NCBI GenBank assembly: GCA_944388035.1 | Contig: CALXHF010000008.1 | Coordinates: forward strand, 2,927 to 66,926 | DNA length: 64,000 nt | Reading direction: 5' to 3' | Source of the DNA: an uncultured Clostridia bacterium | Lineage (GTDB): Bacteria > Bacillota > Clostridia > TANB77 > CAG-508 | Part shown: positions 33,408-44,158 of the stretch, in pieces | How positions within the stretch are numbered: the stretch's first letter is position 1 | Layout: every line of letters begins with the position of its first letter | The notes under the pieces: generated by a model | What the model was told of the DNA's origin: nothing | Databases searched by the model: none | The model's input: the letters and a program-made list of their open reading frames with translations, nothing else | Program-made: the position numbers and the translations under genes

Positions 33408-34310
33408 ATGGAGGAAAATATGATTTTAAAAAAATATAAAAATATTCAATTGACTAATCAAATTGATGAAGCTAATTGCGTAACACATTCAGGTAAATTT
33501 CATGTTGATGATGTTATATCAACAGTGTTTTTAAGCAAAATACTTGAAAAAGTAATTTTATTAAGAATATCTACTATTGAAAATAAGAATTTAGAAAATA
33601 AACTAGTTTATGACATAGGCTTTGGAGAATTTGATCATCATCAAAAAAATAGAAATGGTAAAAGAGAAAATGGGATTTATTTTTCTTCAATAGGTTTGCT
33701 ATGGCAAAAATTTGGTAAGAAATATTTAGAAAAATTAAAAGTAAAGAATATAAATAAAACTTTTGAATATATGGATAAAGAATTAATACAGTATATTGAT
33801 GCAACAGATAATATGCAAACAGAATATTTGGAAAATAAAATTTCACCAGATTTTATAAAGTTATGCAATCCTGAATGGAATGAAAATATATCTGAAGATG
33901 AAGCCTTTTTTCGTGCTTTAAAACTAGCAGATGAATTTTGGGAAATTTATTTAAAACATGCAATAGCTGAAGTAGAAGCTATAGATATAATTCTTAATAA
34001 AATAAATAATTGTAAAAATTGTTATTTAGTATTTGATAAAGAAATGCCCTACAGAAAAGCAATAAAACTTTCTAACAATGATAAATTGAAATACATAATA
34101 TTTAAATCAAGAAGAGAAGGTTATGATATCAGAACAATAAGTAATGCATGTAAGTTTAAAAAAGAACTAATTCAAGCTAAAGATATAAATACTGCTAGAA
34201 AATTAACGAATATAAATGATTTAATATATGTCGATATACATAGAAAACTTTGTTGTACAAAAACATTAAATGGGGCAATAACCCTTGTAAAATATAATGA
34301 AAAGAAATAA
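33408..34310 (+). CDS. MYG1 family exonuclease
   Basis: THSGKFHVDD, YDIG.GEFDHHQ, SSIGLLW, IDATDN. Confidence 0.85.
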   Translation: MEENMILKKYKNIQLTNQIDEANCVTHSGKFHVDDVISTVFLSKILEKVILLRISTIENKNLENKLVYDIGFGEFDHHQKNRNGKRENGIYFSSIGLLWQKFGKKYLEKLKVKNINKTFEYMDKELIQYIDATDNMQTEYLENKISPDFIKLCNPEWNENISEDEAFFRALKLADEFWEIYLKHAIAEVEAIDIILNKINNCKNCYLVFDKEMPYRKAIKLSNNDKLKYIIFKSRREGYDIRTISNACKFKKELIQAKDINTARKLTNINDLIYVDIHRKLCCTKTLNGAITLVKYNEKK

Positions 34311-34686
34311 TATTTTTTATAAAAGAGAGGATTTTTTCTTCTCTATTTTTTTATTATTTTATTTAAAATATATTTCTTTATTTTTTATTTTGACCATCTT
34401 ATACATATTAAGAGCCAAATGTATATGCAAGTCAATATTTGAATAATATTTTCTTTTGGGAAAATTTTCAGCCTTTTTATAAATTATTTTTTTGAAATAA
34501 ATTTTTATGATAAAAATTTCATAGCAAAACTATTTATATTACTATTAAAGTAGTTTTAAGATAGAAAAAACTCTATAAGTATTAATTTTAAAATACTTAT
34601 AGAATTTTGATTCTGGTCGAGGTGAAAACATTACTAAAAATGCTACATTCCTCTAATTATCAACATCTATCCTATTCATTTTTGAA

Positions 34687-34753
34687 TTGCGGAGCAAATT
34701 TGCGGAATAATAAGTACTTTATAAGCCTTAAAATTCTAATAAATTCTCCGCAA
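34687..34753. repeat. TTGCGGA(A/G) repeats at the left end of the element (putative integrase arm sites)
   Basis: Two direct and one inverted copy; same motif recurs at 48234-48345. Confidence 0.7.
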
Positions 34754-34767
34754 TGTTGTCTTTTGTT

Positions 34768-36135
34768 TTAAGCTTTTAAATAATATTCGTTAAACAAATT
34801 GTGTTCTTTCATATAATTAACAAAGTTTTCATTCTCTGAATCAATGAAATGGCGGTCAACATCAATATAATATTTATTTGTTATCTGAATGTCTGCATGA
34901 CCTAGTATCTTTTGTAAAACAATTGGTGGCATTTTAGCTTCAGCACATCTTGTTGCAAAAGTACCACGAAGCATATGAGTATGAACTTGAGTTTTGGTTT
35001 TTCCATCCACATCAACATACAAATAAATGTCTAATTTAAATGCAATTCTCTTTATAGCAGAGTTTATTGTACCTTCTGCATAAAATCCTCCTGTAGTGTT
35101 TTCTGGATTGTAGAATAGTAAATTAAACTTATTCTTTTTTACATGAGCTAAACATTCATTAAGATATTTTAAAGCAATATCGCTTAAATGAATAGTTCTT
35201 CTGCCTGTTGGAGTTTTAGTATCTAGACCAATACAGTCCTTCCCATTTTCATCTTTGGTAATTGTTTTAGAAATAGTAATTGTTTTATTTTGTAAATCAA
35301 TATCTTTCTTATAATCCAAAGATAAAGCTTCTCCAATTCTCATACCAGTTGTAAGTAATAGTAAAAATAAATATTTGTGTTTACAATTATAGATAGGTGT
35401 AGTTTCAAGATAATCTATTAATTGTTTTTCTTTATCTAGTGTAAGTGCAATAACATTTTGTACAATTTTAGTTACCTTTGTTTTAGGCTTTTCAATAGCA
35501 TTATAGCCACTCATAAAATTATCTTTAATCATATTTTGGCTATAAGCATAATCAAAAGCCCTTTTAATAATTCTAAACCTTTCTTTAATCGTAGTTGGAG
35601 AGTATTCAGCAAGCTTGTTTAAATAGTCAATAATTTCAATTCTACTAACTTTATTAATAGGTTTTTTTGTAAAAGGTTCCTTTTCAATCATTTTCAAGTT
35701 TGTGTTGTTCTTGCTATGAGTATTGCTATTAATTTTATGAAGCTTATAATCTTCCATATAAAGTGGTTTAGCAATATCGATAATAGATAAATTGGTTTTA
35801 TTAATTATTCTCGGACCACCATTTTTATCAATATTAAGCTTTGCTTCCAATGCTAAACTTAAGGCTTCTTCTTCAGTATCTGCAACAAATGTCTTTTTTA
35901 ATTCTTTTCCCGTTATTGTATCTCTACCTAAAAATACAGTAGCTTTACTGGTTTGAGAAAAATAAAACAAATTACATCCGCTATTTTTACAAATATGCAT
36001 TCTTTCTAAACTATTTGCTAATTGATAAGGTTTGCTTTTACATATATTGCAATTTTCACATACACTTTTATCAACATTCTTTTTAGGTCGAATTGAAGGG
36101 TATGTACCATAAGTTATTCCATTAATTTTACTCAT
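34768..36135 (-). CDS. int: Tyrosine recombinase/integrase
   Basis: TGMRIGE, HMLRGTFAT, LGHADIQIT...YY. Confidence 0.95.
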   Translation of the reverse strand: MSKINGITYGTYPSIRPKKNVDKSVCENCNICKSKPYQLANSLERMHICKNSGCNLFYFSQTSKATVFLGRDTITGKELKKTFVADTEEEALSLALEAKLNIDKNGGPRIINKTNLSIIDIAKPLYMEDYKLHKINSNTHSKNNTNLKMIEKEPFTKKPINKVSRIEIIDYLNKLAEYSPTTIKERFRIIKRAFDYAYSQNMIKDNFMSGYNAIEKPKTKVTKIVQNVIALTLDKEKQLIDYLETTPIYNCKHKYLFLLLLTTGMRIGEALSLDYKKDIDLQNKTITISKTITKDENGKDCIGLDTKTPTGRRTIHLSDIALKYLNECLAHVKKNKFNLLFYNPENTTGGFYAEGTINSAIKRIAFKLDIYLYVDVDGKTKTQVHTHMLRGTFATRCAEAKMPPIVLQKILGHADIQITNKYYIDVDRHFIDSENENFVNYMKEHNLFNEYYLKA

Positions 36136-36307
36136 TTTAAAAATCCTTTCTATGATAAAATTAAAGGAAAACTATTGCTATATTAAGATTTTATGTTATA
36201 ATTATAATAAATTAAGAAACATATAGCAAGGATCTTCCTTGTAATTTTATTCAAATATAAAAAGTTTCTTTTGAAGGTTTAAATGCTCCATATTTAAATC
36301 TTCTTTT

Positions 36308-36496
36308 TTATTCAATTGTTTGTACATTTTTAAAATACTCCTTAAAAGATTCTTCCATAACAAGCCAAGACTTGCCAATTTTCTTTGCTGGAAAATCTTT
36401 TTTATGAAATAACTCCAAACAAGTTTGATTACCTATCTTTAGTGCTTGTCTAATATCTTTTGTTTCTAAAAATACAGTTCCATTAAGTGTTTTCAT
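36308..36496 (-). CDS. xis: Excisionase/HTH_17-type protein
   Basis: FPAKKIGKSWLV; immediately upstream of the integrase. Confidence 0.8.
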   Translation of the reverse strand: MKTLNGTVFLETKDIRQALKIGNQTCLELFHKKDFPAKKIGKSWLVMEESFKEYFKNVQTIE

Positions 36497-36888
36497 AAAC
36501 AGGACTCCTTTCGTTTAGTATAGTGATTAATACCTAAAAGATAGATATTTTATCGTTCATTGGAATTTCACCACTCCGCTAATTGCCGAGTTACCCTCAT
36601 TGCGTGCGACGGCTCACCAGTCGATTACTCTGATTTCAACGCTCAAGCTGTGACTAGGTAAAAGTTTCATTAAATGTAGTAAAATATTATATGATGTTCC
36701 ATAAATCTAGAACATATTTGTAAATGTTCAAAAGATTTCTGTAATTCTCTTGACTATCGTGAGTAAAAAGTTTATAATAGATGTGAGAAAAACAAGTATA
36801 TCTTTTAAGTTACTCACATTATATATCGATATTTGTTAAATGTCAACAAATTCTCAAATATATTTTTATTTTTCTCACAGAATGGGAA

Positions 36889-38001
36889 GTGATAATTATG
36901 AAATTATTTAATATGGCTGTTCCTAAAGATAGTATTTCAATGATTTTTGACTCAACTGGAGATGTAGAAAATTATAATACGACAATATTTTTGCATAAAT
37001 CAAAAATAGAATTAGCAGAACAGAACAATGAATTTTCAAAACACATAGTATTGGATTTAGATAAAAAAAATAGGGATGAAAAAATAATAAAATTTATGTG
37101 CAATCAAAAATATGGAACATTTTTACTAGATTTTTTAAATGCAGACTTTTCAACTGCTGAAAATGCATATAATACATTTTTTGTATATTATGGAATTGAA
37201 GGCATTGGAAGCTTGGATGATATAAAAAGAAAGTATCCAGTTGAGTATTCTACAAGATATATATCAGCTAAGAAATTCTTAGATTATTATTCTATAGTTT
37301 ATGAACTGGTTAGCATTGATTATATAAAATATCAAAATAATTTAAGAAGAACTGTAGATTTTATTTTTAATTTACATGAGCATAAAGGCACAAAAAATAT
37401 TGATAAATATTCAAAATTTATGGCGTATTCTTCGGCTATTAATCTGATTGAGCAGTTTTCCTCAAGTATAAGATTAGGAATAGTTAGAAATTTAGATAAA
37501 GAATTGCCTAATGAAATGAGTGTTAAACAATTAGAAAAACTTGCTTTAGATATTGCAAATAAGAAAAGTCTCAATAGCATAGCATATGTTTATGAAAGTA
37601 CATCTTTCTTTGCTCTTACATATATTGCATTAAATGATTTAATACAAAATACTAAAAGAAATATAAGTGTATGTCAAAATTGTGGGAGATATTATCTTCA
37701 ATATTCTGGAAAAGAAATATATTGTGAACTTCCAAATCAAGATGGAAGTCCTACTTGCAAATCTTATGCCTCTAGAAAAGCTTATGATATAAAAATAGTT
37801 GAAGACACTGCAGAACTTGCATATAAAAGAGAATATCAAAGAAGAATGACAAAAGTATATCGTGCAAGTGAAGTGGTGAAACCTATGATGAGAATGGAAT
37901 TTAACTCATGGAAAGATAAAGCAAGAAAGCAATTAAAATTATATAGAGAAAATAAAATTACATCGGAAGAATTGTGTAATTGGCTAGATAAAAATAAATA
38001 A
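36889..38001 (+). CDS. DUF6076-like protein with a zinc-ribbon motif
   Basis: CQNCGRYY...IYC...TCK near the C-terminus. Confidence 0.65.
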   Translation: MIIMKLFNMAVPKDSISMIFDSTGDVENYNTTIFLHKSKIELAEQNNEFSKHIVLDLDKKNRDEKIIKFMCNQKYGTFLLDFLNADFSTAENAYNTFFVYYGIEGIGSLDDIKRKYPVEYSTRYISAKKFLDYYSIVYELVSIDYIKYQNNLRRTVDFIFNLHEHKGTKNIDKYSKFMAYSSAINLIEQFSSSIRLGIVRNLDKELPNEMSVKQLEKLALDIANKKSLNSIAYVYESTSFFALTYIALNDLIQNTKRNISVCQNCGRYYLQYSGKEIYCELPNQDGSPTCKSYASRKAYDIKIVEDTAELAYKREYQRRMTKVYRASEVVKPMMRMEFNSWKDKARKQLKLYRENKITSEELCNWLDKNK

Positions 38002-38005
38002 AAAA

Positions 38006-38058
38006 TTAACCTAATTGTCACCACAACTATTGACTTATGGTGGTAATTAGGTTAAAAT
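38006..38058 (+). promoter_or_regulatory. Promoter with overlapping inverted-repeat operator of the abiE operon
   Basis: TTAACCTAATT...AATTAGGTTAA overlapping TTGACT-17-TAAAAT. Confidence 0.65.
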
Positions 38059-38076
38059 GTTTATGGAGGGAAAAAT

Positions 38077-38619
38077 ATGTTATATAATCATAATGAATTA
38101 AAAGATAAATATAAAAGTACATATCAAATACGAAAAGCATTAAAAAATAAAGAGATTTTTAAAATAGAAAAAGGAATATATTCAAATGTTTCAAATGTTC
38201 ACTATTTAGAAGTTATAATGAAAAAATATTCTTATGCTATTTTTACCTCATATTCAGCTTATTATTATCATAATTTAACAGATGTTATTCCTAATAAAAT
38301 GTATTTAGCAACAAATAGAAATGCTACTACTATACATTCTGATAAAATACAACAAATCCGTATGAAAGATGAATTATATAATTTAGGAAAAACTCAAATT
38401 GGGTATGAAGGAATAACAATAAATATCTATGATAAAGAAAGAATGCTAATTGATTTAGCAAGAAATAAAAATCAAATAGGATATGATTTATATAAAGAAA
38501 TAATATCTAATTATAGAAAACAAGTAAACACATTAGATACACAAAAGATAGAAGAATATTTACAATATTTTGTAAATGGAGATAAAATTTTTGAAATAAT
38601 TCAAGATGAGGTGTTTTAA
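38077..38619 (+). CDS. abiEi: AbiEi-type antitoxin (type IV TA)
   Basis: KIEKGIY, SAYYYHNLTD, IYDKERMLID. Confidence 0.85.
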   Translation: MLYNHNELKDKYKSTYQIRKALKNKEIFKIEKGIYSNVSNVHYLEVIMKKYSYAIFTSYSAYYYHNLTDVIPNKMYLATNRNATTIHSDKIQQIRMKDELYNLGKTQIGYEGITINIYDKERMLIDLARNKNQIGYDLYKEIISNYRKQVNTLDTQKIEEYLQYFVNGDKIFEIIQDEVF

Positions 38620-39440
38620 TGAATATATACGAAGCAGTTAATAAATACGTACAATCAGGTTATTCAGAAGATGATGCTATTCCGAAAGTAGCACAAGATA
38701 TTGTTTTAATTAAAATTGGAAATAGCAAATACAGTAAAAATATAACTGTAAAAGGTGGAGTTGTAATGCATAATATCTCAAAAGATATGCGTCGTGCAAC
38801 TCGTGATATGGACATAGATTTTATAAAATATTCTTTAGAAGATAAATCTATTCGTGAATTTATAAAGGAATTAAATAATACAGATGATGGCATAAAAATT
38901 AAAATAACAGGAAAAATTGAGTCACTACATCATCAAGATTATGACGGAAAAAGAGTTTATATACAATTGACTGATAAAAATAAATATTCTATAAGCTCAA
39001 AATTAGATATTGGAGTACATAAACATTTTAATATAGAACAAGATGAATATTTTTTTGATTTTAGCATTATAGATAAGAGTGTTAGTTTACTTATAAACTC
39101 TAAAGAACAAATTATTGCTGAAAAACTTAAATCATTATTGAAATTTGGTATAACTTCGACTAGATTTAAAGATATATTTGATTTTTATTATTTAATAAAT
39201 AATGAAAATCTAGATAAGGACAAGCTAATAAAGTACATAGATATATTAATTTTCAAAGATGAAAACATGAGAGAGCATACAATAGAAGATATTAGTAAAA
39301 GATTATCAAATATTTTAAATAATAGTAGATTTCAGTCAAGAATTAACACAGCAAATAATAACTGGTTAGAAGTGCCGATAGATGATGTTATTGTTTGTAT
39401 ATTAAATTATTTTGAAGGTCTAGTAGTAATAGCTTCATAA
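38619..39440 (+). CDS. abiEii: AbiEii nucleotidyltransferase toxin
   Basis: KGG, RATRDMD, AEKLKS...RFKDIFD; TAATG coupling to abiEi. Confidence 0.88.
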   Translation: MNIYEAVNKYVQSGYSEDDAIPKVAQDIVLIKIGNSKYSKNITVKGGVVMHNISKDMRRATRDMDIDFIKYSLEDKSIREFIKELNNTDDGIKIKITGKIESLHHQDYDGKRVYIQLTDKNKYSISSKLDIGVHKHFNIEQDEYFFDFSIIDKSVSLLINSKEQIIAEKLKSLLKFGITSTRFKDIFDFYYLINNENLDKDKLIKYIDILIFKDENMREHTIEDISKRLSNILNNSRFQSRINTANNNWLEVPIDDVIVCILNYFEGLVVIAS

Positions 39441-39499
39441 AACCAAATAAAAGGATGATGAAATATGATATTTGGAAAAAGAAGAATGTTGTTGGCTAG

Positions 39500-39796
39500 A
39501 ATAGATTTATACAAGACATACATAGACTACCAGGTGAAATTAAAAATAATACTATAATATTAATAGGCCAAATGGGAACTGGTAAAAGTACAGTTGCAAA
39601 ATTACTATCATCTAATGGAAATAGAATTTCATTAGATGACAGAAAATTTCTTGAAGTAATATACGCTCGTAGAAAACGATTTAGTAATTTTAAGAATTTT
39701 GAATTTGGACTTACTGGAACTGTTTTGAGTACATTAAAAAGACCAAGTGTTATAGATTTTGGAGCTGGTCATTCAATATATGAAGATAATAGATAA
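39500..39796 (+). pseudogene. Truncated shikimate-kinase-like P-loop fragment
   Basis: IILIGQMGTGKST...VIDFGAG, stops early and has no proper start. Confidence 0.5.
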
Positions 39797-39821
39797 AGTA
39801 AATAAATGAAAGGGATATGAA

Positions 39822-40241
39822 ATGGAAAAGATTAAATATATTAGATTAAATCAGAATAATATTGACATTGTACCAAGCAAAATAATAATAGATGATGAAA
39901 ATCTTTCAAAACAGGATATAGAAAAATTTGTTATTGATGATGACAATTATTGTTTTGTTGGAATGTTAGAAGATAGAATAGTTGCATTTTTATATGGTTA
40001 TGGAATGTTAAGACCAGATGGAAAATCAATGTTTTACATACATGCAGTAGATGTACTCCCAGATTATCAAAATAATGGAATTGGTACAAAACTAATGGAA
40101 TATGTTATGAATTATTTAAAAGATGAAGGAAAATATTATAAGTTTTTTGTATTAACAGAAAATGATAATATAAGAGCTTGTAAAGTATATCAAAAATTTG
40201 CTAATAAAGAGGAACAGGTTTTATTTAGTAATTCTTTATAG
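39822..40241 (+). CDS. GNAT acetyltransferase
   Basis: YQNNGIGTKL. Confidence 0.85.
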   Translation: MEKIKYIRLNQNNIDIVPSKIIIDDENLSKQDIEKFVIDDDNYCFVGMLEDRIVAFLYGYGMLRPDGKSMFYIHAVDVLPDYQNNGIGTKLMEYVMNYLKDEGKYYKFFVLTENDNIRACKVYQKFANKEEQVLFSNSL

Positions 40242-40256
40242 ATAGAAGGTGTAATA

Positions 40257-41264
40257 TTGAAAAATAAAAATATAGAAAAATTAGTAATAAAAACTAATAC
40301 TGGAACTTGTATAAAAGAAATAAATAAAGTTAGTGGTGGCTTATCTCATAGAATGTACAAAGTTTCAACAGATAAAGGAATATATGCCATAAAAGAACTG
40401 AATAGCGGTGTGATGAAAAGAACAGAAGCATTTTCAAATTTTATATTTTCAGAAAAAGTTGCTGAAATTGTAAAACATAATAAAATTACAGCAATTGGGG
40501 CTATGAAAGTAAACAATGACATTATAACAAAAATAGATGATAGCTATTATATGATATTTGAATGGCTAGATGGTAGAATACTAAATGCCGATGAAATTAC
40601 AGAAAAACATTGTGAAATTATTGGCGAGATTTTAGCAAAGATTCATAATATAGACTTTACTGAAATTGAAGATGAAAAAAGAAAAAATATAGATTTAGAA
40701 TATTTTGAATGGAATAAATATTGTAATTTAGCAGAAAAACATAATAAAGTATATACAAATTTATTAAAGGAGAATATTGACTTATTATATAAATTAAATG
40801 AAAAATCAATTAAGGCTTTAGAATATGCTAATGAGAATTTAATAATTAGTCATACTGATTTAGATAGAAAAAATGTAATGTGGCAAGAATATAACCCATT
40901 TATTATAGATTGGGAAGCAAGTGGATATATAAATCCTACTATTGAATTAATACAAGTAGCTTGGTATTGGTCTGGTGGAGATGTAGAAAATATAGACTAT
41001 AATAAATTTAGAATACTAATAAAAAGTTATAAAAAATATTATAAAAGTAATATTGATAAAAATGCAGAAGATCTTGTTTATGCAGATATTTATGGTGAAC
41101 TTGAATGGCTTAATTATAATTTAAAAAGATCATTGTGCATAGAGAATAATTATGAACAAGATGAAATTGAGCTTGCTGAAAATGAGGTAATACAATCAAT
41201 AAATGAAGTAAAGTATAATTATAGTCAATTAGATAATATAATAAAAATTATTAGTAATATTTAA
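40257..41264 (+). CDS. APH-family phosphotransferase
   Basis: GGLSHRMY, SHTDLDRKNV, IIDWE. Confidence 0.85.
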   Translation: MKNKNIEKLVIKTNTGTCIKEINKVSGGLSHRMYKVSTDKGIYAIKELNSGVMKRTEAFSNFIFSEKVAEIVKHNKITAIGAMKVNNDIITKIDDSYYMIFEWLDGRILNADEITEKHCEIIGEILAKIHNIDFTEIEDEKRKNIDLEYFEWNKYCNLAEKHNKVYTNLLKENIDLLYKLNEKSIKALEYANENLIISHTDLDRKNVMWQEYNPFIIDWEASGYINPTIELIQVAWYWSGGDVENIDYNKFRILIKSYKKYYKSNIDKNAEDLVYADIYGELEWLNYNLKRSLCIENNYEQDEIELAENEVIQSINEVKYNYSQLDNIIKIISNI

Positions 41265-41284
41265 TTTGGATTAAGAAGGGGAAA

Positions 41285-42307
41285 ATGATGGGCGAGTATA
41301 TTTGTAAGATTGCAACAATAGAAGAAATGGAACAAAATTGGAATTATTTAGTTGAAATACATAAAGATAATAATACTTGGAAAATTTGGAAAGAAAAAGC
41401 TATTAAAGATATGCAAAATAGAAATACAATAGTATATTATGGAATACTTAATGGTATAGTAATATCAGAGGCAACTGCCTTTATTACTAGTGTAAATGTC
41501 CAAAATAGCGATGGATTAGTAAATGATAACACAGCATATTTGTCTGCTTTTAGAACTAGAGAAGAATATCAAGGCAAAAAATATTTTTCAAAGTTATATA
41601 ATTTTATGGAAAAAGATTTAAAAAGACGAGAATATTCAAAACTAACATTGGGTGTAGAACCTTGTGAAACAACGAATATAAAGATTTATTTCAACTATGG
41701 ATTTACAGATTATATAAAAACAGCTTATGAAATTTATCCTGCTAAAAATGAAAATGAAGAACCAGAAAAGATTTTAGTTAATTATTATTCAAAGCAATTA
41801 AAGGATGACGAAGAATTTTTTTATGAAATAGTAAAATTAGAAGAAAAAGATAGAGAAAAAGTTAATGCAATTTTAATTAATGAGTGGGAAGCAACTGATA
41901 TTATAATTAGAGGGAAAGTCATTGATGGAACAAAATTAGATGGTTTTATTGCATTAAAAAATAACGAAATCATTGGATTAATTACATATATGGTAGAAGC
42001 AAATGAATGTGAAATATGCTCATTAAATAGTTTTGTTGAAAATAAAGGAATTGGAACAGCATTAATAAATAAAGTTAAAGAATATGCAGAAAAAAATAGT
42101 TGTAGCAGAATTAAGTTGATCACAACAAATGATAATATTAGAGGATTAGAATTTTATCAAAAAAGGGGTTTTACATTTTCTAATTTATTTAAGAATAGCA
42201 TTGAAGAGTATTCAAGAAAATTAAAACCACAAATACCTTTATATGCAGATAATGGACTACCTATAAAAGATGAAATCGAACTAGAGATAGCAATTATGCA
42301 AACTTGA
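41285..42307 (+). CDS. Tandem double-GNAT acetyltransferase
   Basis: YQGKKYFSKL and NKGIGTAL...FYQKRGF motifs. Confidence 0.85.
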   Translation: MMGEYICKIATIEEMEQNWNYLVEIHKDNNTWKIWKEKAIKDMQNRNTIVYYGILNGIVISEATAFITSVNVQNSDGLVNDNTAYLSAFRTREEYQGKKYFSKLYNFMEKDLKRREYSKLTLGVEPCETTNIKIYFNYGFTDYIKTAYEIYPAKNENEEPEKILVNYYSKQLKDDEEFFYEIVKLEEKDREKVNAILINEWEATDIIIRGKVIDGTKLDGFIALKNNEIIGLITYMVEANECEICSLNSFVENKGIGTALINKVKEYAEKNSCSRIKLITTNDNIRGLEFYQKRGFTFSNLFKNSIEEYSRKLKPQIPLYADNGLPIKDEIELEIAIMQT

Positions 42308-42344
42308 CAAAAATAAGAAAATATGCTACAATAGAAAACATAAT

Positions 42345-42485
42345 TTAAGAGTTTATCTAGGGTTACAAAATCCGAGCGATAAAGGACAATTAAAATATAT
42401 TGATTGTTTACACGAAAGTGAGATTATATAAAAGTCTTGCAAAGGAGTCTTAAAAAAGATTCTTTTGTGAGGCTTATTTTTTTAT
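42345..42485 (+). ncRNA. ykkC-like (guanidine-I family) riboswitch variant with an overlapping terminator
   Basis: TTTATCTAGGGTT...TCCGAGCGATAAA, ACACG, ATAAAAG; promoter TTGACA-17-TACAAT at 42304-42332. Confidence 0.55.
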
Positions 42486-42624
42486 TATAAGGGAAGGGCT
42501 TTCTATGAGAAAATGGAAGGTAAAGTATTAAAAACAGAAAAAATAATATTTGGAAATAAAGAATATGAAGAAATAATATATAAATATGATATTTCTAAAA
42601 TATAATAATGAAAGGAGATTTCGC

Positions 42625-43077
42625 ATGGATGAAATAATTGAATTGGATATAAAAAATTTTGAGAAATGTAACAATATTTGGAATATGGAAAAAAATAAGG
42701 ATTTAAAAGATAGATTTTATAAAGAATTATTAAATAAAAATAGGATAACTTTTGTATATATGAAAGATAAAGAATATATAGTTGAAATATCAATAGTTTT
42801 TAATAAAAATGATGAGGATTATACAATTCCAGGAAAACGATTATATATTTCAAGAATAATCGTAAAAAAAGGGTTAAGAGGTAAAGGATATGGTAAGAAA
42901 CTTATGAATTATGCTATAGATTATGCAAAAAAGCAAAAATATGAGGAATTATCTTTAGGTGTAAATTTAGACAACTATATCGCTTTAAAATTATATGTTG
43001 GATTAGGATTTACGAAAATTCAATATATAGGCGAAGATGCAGATGGAAAATATGTAAAATTAATTAAAAGTTTATAA
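42625..43077 (+). CDS. GNAT acetyltransferase
   Basis: RGKGYGKKL, ALKLYVGLGF; AAGGAG SD. Confidence 0.88.
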   Translation: MDEIIELDIKNFEKCNNIWNMEKNKDLKDRFYKELLNKNRITFVYMKDKEYIVEISIVFNKNDEDYTIPGKRLYISRIIVKKGLRGKGYGKKLMNYAIDYAKKQKYEELSLGVNLDNYIALKLYVGLGFTKIQYIGEDADGKYVKLIKSL

Positions 43078-43091
43078 TAAATTTAAAGAAG

Positions 43092-44156
43092 GTGTTTGAT
43101 TTGAATAAAGAAAGATTAGAATTAATTATTCCAACAAGTGAATATAAAGAGCAAGTAATGAAATACAGAAAGATATTTTTAGAAAATGAGGAGTCTTTTG
43201 ATGGTTGTGCTGGATTAGAAGAATGTAATACATACGAAGAATGGCTTGATTTTGAAAACAGGCTATCTAAAAAATATGGAGAAAACTATGTTCCATCAGA
43301 TGTATATTTGGGGGTTAGAAAAAGTGATAACAAACTTATAGGAATTATTGATATTAGAAAAGGATTAACAGATTTTTTATACAATTACGGTGGAAATATT
43401 GGATATAGTGTAATTCCAGATGAGAGAAGAAAAGGTTATGCTACAGAAATGTTAAAGCAGATTTTATCTAAATGTAAATCTATGAATATTAATAGAGTTT
43501 TACTATCTTGTGATAAAGAAAATATAGGATCAGCAAAAACCATTATAGCAAATGGTGGTGTATTAGAAAATGAGGTTGTAGATGAAGTAGGTTTAAGTAA
43601 ATCAGGAATAATTCAAAGATATTGGATTAGTTTAAAGAAAAGATATGCAGATAGATTTGTTGGAAATAGAGCAAATGCCGATTTAAGAATAATATCTATT
43701 TCAGATGACTATTTTAGTGGCGATATTTATTTTTACAAATTTATTGATGTTAAAGATAAAATACTTATACCAAATGGAAAATGTATAATGGATAATGATT
43801 ATAAATGGCTAGAATTTTATGATTATTCTTCAAAAGTAAAATTAACTGCTATTTATGATGAAAACAGTGAAATTATTGAATGGTATTTTGATATAGCAAG
43901 AGAAATTGGCAAAGATAATGGAATACCTTATGAGGATGACCTATATCTTGATGTTGTTGTAACACCAAGTGGAGAGATTATATTACTTGATGAAGATGAA
44001 TTGAAAGAGGCTTTTAACAAAAGAGAAATGACTAAAGAAGAATATGAAAATGCTTATGAAGAAGCAAAGCAATTAATGAATAAATTAAAAAATAATAAAG
44101 ACAAATTAAAGGAATATACCGATAAGTATTTGTTTCAAATGTTAGGAGTGAGTTAG
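43092..44156 (+). CDS. GNAT acetyltransferase fused to a DUF402-like domain
   Basis: GGNIGYSV...RRKGYA; C-terminal WYFDI...DDLYLDV...LLDEDEL. Confidence 0.82.
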   Translation: MFDLNKERLELIIPTSEYKEQVMKYRKIFLENEESFDGCAGLEECNTYEEWLDFENRLSKKYGENYVPSDVYLGVRKSDNKLIGIIDIRKGLTDFLYNYGGNIGYSVIPDERRKGYATEMLKQILSKCKSMNINRVLLSCDKENIGSAKTIIANGGVLENEVVDEVGLSKSGIIQRYWISLKKRYADRFVGNRANADLRIISISDDYFSGDIYFYKFIDVKDKILIPNGKCIMDNDYKWLEFYDYSSKVKLTAIYDENSEIIEWYFDIAREIGKDNGIPYEDDLYLDVVVTPSGEIILLDEDELKEAFNKREMTKEEYENAYEEAKQLMNKLKNNKDKLKEYTDKYLFQMLGVS

Positions 44157-44158
44157 CA

